Notes under the pieces: model-generated | Database searches by the model: none | What the model was told of the DNA's origin: nothing | The model's input: only the letters and a program-made list of their open reading frames with translations | Part shown: positions 57,429 through 64,000 of the stretch, one piece after another | How positions within the stretch are numbered: position 1 is the stretch's first letter | Layout of the letters: each line of letters starts with the position of its first letter | Program-made: the position numbers and the translations under genes | Source: Planctomycetota bacterium | Lineage (GTDB): Bacteria > Planctomycetota > UBA1135 > UBA2386 | Assembly: GCA_046290465.1 (NCBI GenBank) | Contig: JBKAGP010000001.1 | Location: forward strand, 4,480,001 to 4,544,000 | DNA length: 64,000 nt | Direction of reading: 5' to 3'

Positions 57429-59161
57429 CCGCGGCCGCCGCGGAACGTCTCGCGGTGGATCACCAGGTGCGGGTCGCGCTTGTCGCGGCGCTGCACGCGG
57501 CGCGCGAACTCGTCGGCCGCCTGCTCCGAGACCTCGAACGTGGTCGTCATCGCGTCCATCGAGATCGAACCGACCTGCTGGCTGTCGACGCCGCCGCGGC
57601 GGCAGACGTGCGCCAGGATGCGGCGCGGGTTGGCGCCGCCGCGCGCGCCCCAGTTGATGCGGAAGCGCACGAAGCCGTGCTCGGGCTGCTTGGCCGGCTC
57701 GGCCTCCTCGCCCTTCCACGACGGCTTGGCGCCCGGCGCGCCGCGGCGGTCGTTGCCGAGGCGCGGCGCGTCGTCGCGCTCCTTCGGCGGCTGCGGCGGC
57801 AGCAGGTCGAACGGCTGGCGCGGCGCGGTGATCGACTTGCTCAGCAGCATCGCGACGACCTCGACGGGGTCGCGTTCTTGCAGCAGGTTGGCGGCGGTGG
57901 CGCGCTTCTCCGGCGTCGCGGCCATGCCGGCAGTCAGCGTCGTCAGCGCTTCGGCCTCGGCGCGCTCGAGCTGCTTCTTGGCGATGGTCTGGGCCGTCGG
58001 CGGCCACGTCCAGCGCGGCTCGAGTCCGAGGTGGTCGAACATGCGGTGGCTGCGGCCGGCGCGCATCTTGGGGACCAGCAGCACGCTGCGGCCCTTCTGG
58101 CCGGCGCGGCCGGTGCGGCCGCTGCGGTGCACGTAGGTCGCCGCGTCGATCGGCAGATCGACGTGGATGACCATCGTCACGGCCGGCACGTCGATGCCGC
58201 GCGCGGCGACGTCGGTCGCGACCAGCACCTTGATGCTGCCGTTGCGGAACGCGTTGAGCGTGCGCGTGCGCTGCGTCTGCGCCAGGTCGCCGTTGAGCGG
58301 CAGCGCGCCGAAGCCGTCGGCGGCCAGCTTGTCGGCCATGCGCGCGGTCTCCTCACGCGTGCGCACGAAGATCAGCGTGCGCTCCTCGCCGGCGAGCAGC
58401 AGCAGGTTGACGGTCGCCTGGTAGTGCTCGCGCGGGCCGATGCGGCAGGCGACGTGCTCGATGTCGGAGTGCTGTTCGCCGGTCGTGCCCTCGATCAGCA
58501 GCGGCTCGTTCTGGAAGCGGTCGGCCAGCTCCAGCACCGCGCGCGGGAACGTCGCCGACACCAGGTGCGTGCGGCGCTGCTCGGGCAGGTGCTCGAGGAT
58601 GCCGTCGAGCTCGTCCTTGAAGCCGAGGTCGAGCATCTGGTCGGCCTCGTCGAGGATCAGCTGCGAGACCGACGAGATGTCGAGGCCGCCGCGACGCAGG
58701 TGGTCGAGCAGGCGGCCGGGGGTGCCGACCAGCACCGACGGCTTGCGCCGCAGGCGAATGCGTTCGCGGTCGAGGTTGGTGCCGCCGGTGACGACCTCGC
58801 ACTGCACGTCGCGAATCCCGGCAAACAGCCACGACAGCTCGTCGCGGACCTGCATCGCCAGTTCGCGCGTCGGCGCGATCACCAGCGTGGTCGGGCCGAC
58901 CCGGTCGGGGTCCTCGAGCCTGGCCGCCAGCGCAAAGCCGATCGCAACCGTCTTGCCAGAGCCGGTTTGCGACGAGATGCGCAGGTCGCGGGCGCCGTCG
59001 TCGGCGTTGGCTACGGCCTCCTGTACCGCGGTCAGCTTTTCGAACCCGCGCTTCTCCAGCGCGGGTCGCAGGGCGTCCGGAGCCGCTGCGAGGGGCGATG
59101 CGCTCGGGGGCGTTTCGGCCTCACTCGGGGTCTCCAGGGACTTTTCTGACTCGAAGTACAT
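57389..59161 (-). CDS. DEAD-box RNA helicase with DbpA-type RNA-binding domain
   Basis: QTGSGKT, PTRELA, TPGR, DEAD, SAT, ARGID, HRSGRTGRAG. Confidence 0.96.
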   Translation of the reverse strand: MYFESEKSLETPSEAETPPSASPLAAAPDALRPALEKRGFEKLTAVQEAVANADDGARDLRISSQTGSGKTVAIGFALAARLEDPDRVGPTTLVIAPTRELAMQVRDELSWLFAGIRDVQCEVVTGGTNLDRERIRLRRKPSVLVGTPGRLLDHLRRGGLDISSVSQLILDEADQMLDLGFKDELDGILEHLPEQRRTHLVSATFPRAVLELADRFQNEPLLIEGTTGEQHSDIEHVACRIGPREHYQATVNLLLLAGEERTLIFVRTREETARMADKLAADGFGALPLNGDLAQTQRTRTLNAFRNGSIKVLVATDVAARGIDVPAVTMVIHVDLPIDAATYVHRSGRTGRAGQKGRSVLLVPKMRAGRSHRMFDHLGLEPRWTWPPTAQTIAKKQLERAEAEALTTLTAGMAATPEKRATAANLLQERDPVEVVAMLLSKSITAPRQPFDLLPPQPPKERDDAPRLGNDRRGAPGAKPSWKGEEAEPAKQPEHGFVRFRINWGARGGANPRRILAHVCRRGGVDSQQVGSISMDAMTTTFEVSEQAADEFARRVQRRDKRDPHLVIHRETFRGGRGQRFGASRTKQSR

Positions 59162-59166
59162 ACCGC

Positions 59167-59195
59167 AGTGTCGCAGCCGTGCCCGCAAGAGTCAA
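59167..59195 (-). promoter_or_regulatory. Sigma70-type promoter of the helicase (likely leaderless)
   Basis: TTGACT-N17-GACACT with TG extension, 5 nt before the ATG. Confidence 0.55.
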
Positions 59196-59293
59196 TGTAC
59201 CGAGGAGCGTTCTGCACAGGTTGTCCAGGGGCGGCTCGGCGCGGCGGCGCCAACGCGGTCGCAGCATGCCCCGGTCGCGTTAGTTTCTCGGGC

Positions 59294-59668
59294 ATGTCTG
59301 CACGCGTGCTGCTGGTCGGTCTCGAGAGTGCCGCCGTCGACTTCGCCAGGTGGCCCGAGCTGACCGTGCAGAAGCTCGAAGCGGCCTTCGCTGCGGTCGA
59401 ACGGGCGCTTGCCGACGAGGGGATGGAGCCCCGCTGGTGCCTGGTCGACTCGGGTGCGACGGCCTGCGACCAGCTGGCGGCGGCCTTGACGCAGTTCGCT
59501 CCCGACGTGGTGTCGATCGGGGCCGGCGTGCGCGCGGACCCGGCGCACCTGCACCTGTTCGAACGCATGGTCAACCTCGTGCACCAGCAGGTGCCGCAGG
59601 CGGTGTTCGCCTTCAACACCGACCCGATGGACACGATCGCGTCGGTGCGACGGGCGGTCCGCTCGTGA
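59294..59668 (+). CDS. Conserved hypothetical protein
   Basis: DVVSIGAGVR..LFERMVNLVH..FAFNT.P.DT motif. Confidence 0.75.
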   Translation: MSARVLLVGLESAAVDFARWPELTVQKLEAAFAAVERALADEGMEPRWCLVDSGATACDQLAAALTQFAPDVVSIGAGVRADPAHLHLFERMVNLVHQQVPQAVFAFNTDPMDTIASVRRAVRS

Positions 59669-60666
59669 GGTGGCGTTGCTGGTGGCTGCTGCTGGCGGCG
59701 CTGGCCGGCTGCCGCGTGCCCGGGCCGGTCCTGGAGCCCCGGTTGGCTCATGAGTCCCGGTCGGCTCATGAGTCGCGGTCGGCCCCAGACGCCGGACCCG
59801 CGTCGCGCGTGCGCGTCGCGATCGCGCAGTGGCCGATCCGCAGCGGACGCAGCGCCGACGAGCTCGCTGCCGACGTCGCCGCGACCGCGCGCCGTGCTGC
59901 CGAGGGCGGGGCCGGCCTGCTGGTGTTCCCCGAACTGGTCGCGCTCGACTGCTGGAAGGCGCGCGCGGACGAGTCCGAACGGGACGCCGCCCGTCGGCTC
60001 GCGGTCGAGGTCACGCCGTCGCTGTTCGCCGCGGCGCGCGCCGCGGCTGCCGAGCACCGACTCGCCATCCTGGTCGGCGGTCCGATCGTCGCCAGCGACG
60101 GCGTGCACAACCGCGAGCTGTTCGCGTTCGCCGACGGCAAACGCGTCCTGCAGGACAAGCTGTTCCTGACCGCGTGGGAACGGCAGGTCGGCTGGCGCGC
60201 CGGCGACCGGCTGCACGTGTTCGCGGCGCCCTGGGGCACCACCGCGATCGCGACCTGCTACGACGTCGAGTTCCCGCGCGTGACCGAGCTGCTCGCGCAG
60301 CAGCCGATCGACGTGCTGCTGGTGCCGTCGATGACCGAGTCCGAGCACGGCCGCGGCCGCGTGCGCACGACGGCCGCGGCGCGCGCGGTCGAGCACCACG
60401 CGTTCGTCGTCGTCGCGGCGACGGTCGGCCGGCCGGCGCCGGACTGGCGCCACTTCGGCACCAGCTGCGTGTTCGCTCCGCACGACGGCCCGTTCTCGGG
60501 CCTGCTCGCCGACGCCGAGCCCGACCGCGAGCAGCTGCTGTTCGTCGACCTCGACGTGCCGGCGCTGCGCGCGAGCCGCGCCGCCAGCCGGTTCGCGCCG
60601 GCCGTGGACCAGCGCGCGCGCGATGGCGCCGTCCGGCTCGTGCGCGGAGCCACCGAAAACCTGTGA
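59665..60666 (+). CDS. Carbon-nitrogen hydrolase (nitrilase superfamily) with lipoprotein-like signal
   Basis: FPE, QDK, CYDVEFP triad; LAALAGC; GTGA overlap. Confidence 0.88.
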   Translation: MRWRCWWLLLAALAGCRVPGPVLEPRLAHESRSAHESRSAPDAGPASRVRVAIAQWPIRSGRSADELAADVAATARRAAEGGAGLLVFPELVALDCWKARADESERDAARRLAVEVTPSLFAAARAAAAEHRLAILVGGPIVASDGVHNRELFAFADGKRVLQDKLFLTAWERQVGWRAGDRLHVFAAPWGTTAIATCYDVEFPRVTELLAQQPIDVLLVPSMTESEHGRGRVRTTAAARAVEHHAFVVVAATVGRPAPDWRHFGTSCVFAPHDGPFSGLLADAEPDREQLLFVDLDVPALRASRAASRFAPAVDQRARDGAVRLVRGATENL

Positions 60667-60733
60667 TTGCGCGGCGATCTCGGTTGCGCGCCGGATCGCG
60701 CGGCGATCAGCTGCGCGCCGAGGTCTACCAACC

Positions 60734-62416
60734 ATGATCCATCGTTCGGCCGTTCTGGCGCCGCTCGTCGTGTTCTTCGCCTGTGCAGCGCCGACGCGCC
60801 ACGGTGACTCCCAGCTCCAGCCGGGCTCGCGCCTCGGCACCGTCTCGTCCGCGTCGCCCGAAGCGACCGCCGCCGGCCTCGACGTGCTCGCCGCCGGCGG
60901 CAACGCGATCGACGCCGCGGTGGCGGTCGCGTTCAGCCTCGGCGTCACCGAGCCGGCCGGCTCCGGACTCGGCGGGCAGGCGTTCCTGCTGGTGCAGCGT
61001 CCCGGCGAGGCGGCGTTCGTCGTGCACGGCTCGACGCTGTCGCCGGCGGCGACCGATCCCAACGCCGGTTCGGCCGAGGTGCGCGGCCGCCGCGCGTCAA
61101 CCGTGCCGAGTATGGTCCGCGTGATGGACTTCGCGCACCGCAGCTTCGGCAGCGGCACGATGGCGTGGCGCGACCTGCTCGAGCCTGCCGCGCGCCACGC
61201 CGAGAACGGCTTCGCACTCGGCTCGTTCCGTCGCAACTCGGTCGCGCGCTACGCGGGTGCCTTGGCGGTCGACCCGGCGGTGCGCGAGGTGTTCCTCGCT
61301 GCCGACGGCGGCATCCCCGAGGTCGGCGACCTGTGCCGCCAGCCGGCGCTGGCGCGCACCATCCGGCGCCTCGCCGAGGCCGGCGGCGACGACTTCTACC
61401 GCGGGGAGATCGCCGCGGCGATCGCCGACGACATGGCCGCCAACGGCGGCTGGATCACGGCCGCCGACCTCGAGGCCTACCCCGAGCCACGCGTCGGCCC
61501 CGCGCTGCAGGGCAGCTACCGCGGTTGGACGGTCAGCACGCTGCCGCCTCCGACCGGCGGCTGGGTGGTGCTGTTCGCGCTCAACTTCCTCGAGAACGCC
61601 AAGGCCGCCACGATGACGGCCGGCGGCGACCAGGCGGCGATCTGGATGGCCGAGGCGCTACGGGCCGCGCACGATCGCCGCCTGTCGGCGCCGATCCGCA
61701 GCCTCGAGGACTACGAGCAGGCGGTGCAGCGTCGCGTTCGCAAGCAGACCGCGGCCGACGTGGTCGAAGAGCTGCGCATGCCCGGGGGCACGCGCCGCGC
61801 GGCGCAGCCGGATGGCACGGGCAGCGGCGAGACCACGCACTTCAGCGTCGTCGACAAGGACGGCACCGTGGTCGCGGCGACGCTGAGCCTCAACGCCTAC
61901 TTCGGCGCCAAGGTGATGTCGCGCGAGCTGGGCATCCTCTACAACGACTACATGCGCGAGTTCGAGTTCGGCTCGCCGGGCCACGCGTTCGCGCTGCGGC
62001 CGGGGGCGATGCCGTATTCGTCGATGAGCGCGACCATCCTGTCCAAGGACGGCGTGCCGCAGTTCGGTGTCGGCAGCCCCGGCAGCCGCCGCATCATTTC
62101 GGCGGTCGTGCAGACGGTCAGCAACTACATCGACCGTGGCCTCGATCCCGCCGCAGCGGTGGCGGCGCCGCGCATGCACGTCGTGCCCGAGGACGACGAC
62201 CTGATGCTGGAGGCGCGGCCGCGTTCGCGCGCGTTGCTGCGCGACCTCGAGCTGCGTGGCTTCTCGCTGGCGATCCCGCTGTCGAGCCTGTTCGCAGAGG
62301 ATCGCAACCCCTACTTCGGCGGCGTGCACGCGGTCGGCCGCGTGCCCGACGGCGGCTGGGCCGGTGGCGCGGACCCGCGTCGCGACGGCGTCGCCGCATC
62401 GGTCGACGCGCGCTGA
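60734..62416 (+). CDS. ggt: Gamma-glutamyltransferase
   Basis: GGNAIDAAVA, SGLGG, FYRGEIA, ETTHFSVVD, SSMS, GSPG, DPRR. Confidence 0.95.
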   Translation: MIHRSAVLAPLVVFFACAAPTRHGDSQLQPGSRLGTVSSASPEATAAGLDVLAAGGNAIDAAVAVAFSLGVTEPAGSGLGGQAFLLVQRPGEAAFVVHGSTLSPAATDPNAGSAEVRGRRASTVPSMVRVMDFAHRSFGSGTMAWRDLLEPAARHAENGFALGSFRRNSVARYAGALAVDPAVREVFLAADGGIPEVGDLCRQPALARTIRRLAEAGGDDFYRGEIAAAIADDMAANGGWITAADLEAYPEPRVGPALQGSYRGWTVSTLPPPTGGWVVLFALNFLENAKAATMTAGGDQAAIWMAEALRAAHDRRLSAPIRSLEDYEQAVQRRVRKQTAADVVEELRMPGGTRRAAQPDGTGSGETTHFSVVDKDGTVVAATLSLNAYFGAKVMSRELGILYNDYMREFEFGSPGHAFALRPGAMPYSSMSATILSKDGVPQFGVGSPGSRRIISAVVQTVSNYIDRGLDPAAAVAAPRMHVVPEDDDLMLEARPRSRALLRDLELRGFSLAIPLSSLFAEDRNPYFGGVHAVGRVPDGGWAGGADPRRDGVAASVDAR

Positions 62417-62474
62417 GTGGCCCGGTCGGGACTCCGGGTTTGCGTTTGCGCCCGGATTCCTCTGACATGCTCCC

Positions 62475-63110
62475 ATGGAAGCGAAGAACCATGTTCGTCT
62501 CGCCACGACGCTGATCACGAGCCTGCTGCTGTGTGGCTGCGCGACCCAACAGGTCGAGCCGATCGGTGATCGCGGTCCGGACCTGCAGAACTACACGGCC
62601 GAACAGGTGCGCGCCGAAGCGGTGCGGCTGATGGACGCGCGCGGCTTCGACGACAAGCAGCGCCAGGCGCTGTCGCAGCGGCTCGACCGCTACCTCGCCG
62701 AGCACGACGGCATCCTCGCCGATCCGGGCGTGACCGGGGTCGCGGTCTACCACACCGCCGGTGGCGGCTTCGTGTTCAAGGGCTCCGGTGGCAAGGGCCT
62801 CGCCAGCTTCTGCGGCGGCGAACAGCAGGTGCCGTTCGTGGTGAGCGGCTACGAGGTCGGCGGCGTGGTCGGCGGCGGTTCGCACAACGGCATCGCGCTG
62901 GCGATCGGCCTGCGCGACCAGCGTCGCTTCCGCGGCCACTACGAGAGCACCTCGGCGGATGCGACCGGCGGCGTCAAGGCGGTCGGCGATGGTCGCGCCA
63001 ACTACGTCGGCGACGACGGCCACTCGCTGCGCTACTTCGCGATCGGCGTCGGCGTCGAGGCCAACGCGACGTTCGGTCGGTTCACGGTCGAACTCGACGG
63101 CGAGCAGTAA
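62475..63110 (+). CDS. Hypothetical lipoprotein (Gly-rich, YSC84/EipA-like)
   Basis: Lipobox LCGC; GGFVFKGSGGKG..VGGVVGG. Confidence 0.6.
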   Translation: MEAKNHVRLATTLITSLLLCGCATQQVEPIGDRGPDLQNYTAEQVRAEAVRLMDARGFDDKQRQALSQRLDRYLAEHDGILADPGVTGVAVYHTAGGGFVFKGSGGKGLASFCGGEQQVPFVVSGYEVGGVVGGGSHNGIALAIGLRDQRRFRGHYESTSADATGGVKAVGDGRANYVGDDGHSLRYFAIGVGVEANATFGRFTVELDGEQ

Positions 63111-63245
63111 GCGGCACGGCGGCCGGGCGCGAGGGCGCCGCCGTTTTCGGCTGTCCCCGCCGCCCGGCGCATCCGATACTCGCACGCCGTCGCCGGGGCG
63201 GCCCGGCGGACGGGTCGGCCGCGCGGCGAGACGGACGAATCATCG

Positions 63246-64000
63246 ATGAGGCGGATCACCGGCACCCACGTCTACTCCTACGTGAAGTGCCCGCATCTGG
63301 CCTCGCTCGACCTGCACCTGCCGCGGTCGGAGCGGCGGCCGCCGCACCCGTGGGAGGAGTTCGCCGCCAAACGCGGCCGCGACTTCGAGGACGTCTACGT
63401 CGCCGGCCTCGACGCGGTCGCTCCGAGCTACCCCGAGCGCGACTTCGACGCGGGCGCCGCGGCGACGCTGCAGCTGCTGCGCGACGGTGCGCCGCTGCTG
63501 CACCAGGCGGTGCTGCGCAGCGAGGACCGGCTCGGCCTGCCCGACCTGCTGCGCAAGGTCGACGGCGACAGCGAACTCGGCGACCACCACTACGAAGTGC
63601 TCGACGTCAAGACGTCCGGGCGCACGCGCGGCGACCAGATCCTGCAGGTCGTGTTCTACACGCAGCTGCTGGCCGAGCTGCAGGGCCGTATGCCGACGCA
63701 CGGCGCGATCATCCTCAAGGACGGCCGCGAAGAGCGGTTCGTCGTGCGCGACTACCTGGCGGCGTGCGACGAGGTCGTGGCCGAACTGCGGCGCCTGCGC
63801 GAGCGCCCCGACGACTCGCGGCCGTTCTTCCAGCTCGGCTGCGGCAGCTGCTACCACAACCACCGCTGCCTGCCCGAACTCGAGGTGCGCGATGACCTGT
63901 CGCTGGTGCAGGGCATGAGCCAGGGGGCGCGCGCGATCCTCGAGGCGTCGGGCTGCACGACGGTCGAGGAGCTGGCGACGTTCCATCCGGACAATGCGCG
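63246..64000 (+). CDS. TM0106-family RecB-like nuclease (3' end outside window)
   Basis: Own translation MRRITGTHVYSYVKCPH..GLPDLL..YEVLDVK..LQVVFY..CGSCYHNHRC..DDLSLVQG (PD-(D/E)xK, Fe-S Cys, HhH). Confidence 0.88.
   Translation, partial: MRRITGTHVYSYVKCPHLASLDLHLPRSERRPPHPWEEFAAKRGRDFEDVYVAGLDAVAPSYPERDFDAGAAATLQLLRDGAPLLHQAVLRSEDRLGLPDLLRKVDGDSELGDHHYEVLDVKTSGRTRGDQILQVVFYTQLLAELQGRMPTHGAIILKDGREERFVVRDYLAACDEVVAELRRLRERPDDSRPFFQLGCGSCYHNHRCLPELEVRDDLSLVQGMSQGARAILEASGCTTVEELATFHPDNA

Noticed and set aside
59745..59780. 18-bp tandem repeat (AHESRS x2)
   Set aside because: In-frame duplication in a low-complexity linker.
63246..64000. Cas4-like nuclease (PD-(D/E)xK with 1+3 Cys)
   Set aside because: The HhH region and overall pattern fit the TM0106 family, and there are no cas genes or array in the window.

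Overview
High-GC bacterial chromosomal window, probably Planctomycetota (inferred from gene content and lineage-typical secreted proteins). It holds about 50 CDS, and I saw no rRNA, tRNA, CRISPR array or transposase. Left to right: a lysine-riboswitch-controlled operon (M20 deacylase, lysC, dapB, dapA); secreted proteins; a DUF3299/long-GlmS/DegT operon; a small-gene patch with four alternating ~37-bp REP-like repeats; an FG-GAP protein; a GntR/YtrA-ABC operon; TMEM175; a lipoprotein plus a beta-barrel lacking its stop codon; TetR-SDR; a kinase/OmpR pair with a HEAT protein; glycosyl- and methyltransferases; DsbD; ECF sigma/anti-sigma; MCP; AsnB; a deletion scar; a HemY-like protein; a molybdopterin oxidoreductase; a DEAD helicase; a C-N hydrolase; GGT; and a TM0106 nuclease. 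The strongest hidden signal is that the DsbD ORF, split by the ORF track, reads through an in-frame TGA at the redox position (FTGFN-U-GS-C). A hairpin follows immediately, so this is a probable selenocysteine DsbD with duplicated N-terminal domains. Also notable are a lysine riboswitch with a nearly absent P5, a shared C-terminal domain on three unrelated secreted proteins, paired operator sites for three regulators, and many apparently leaderless genes. All family calls come from motif recognition, and no database searches were run.
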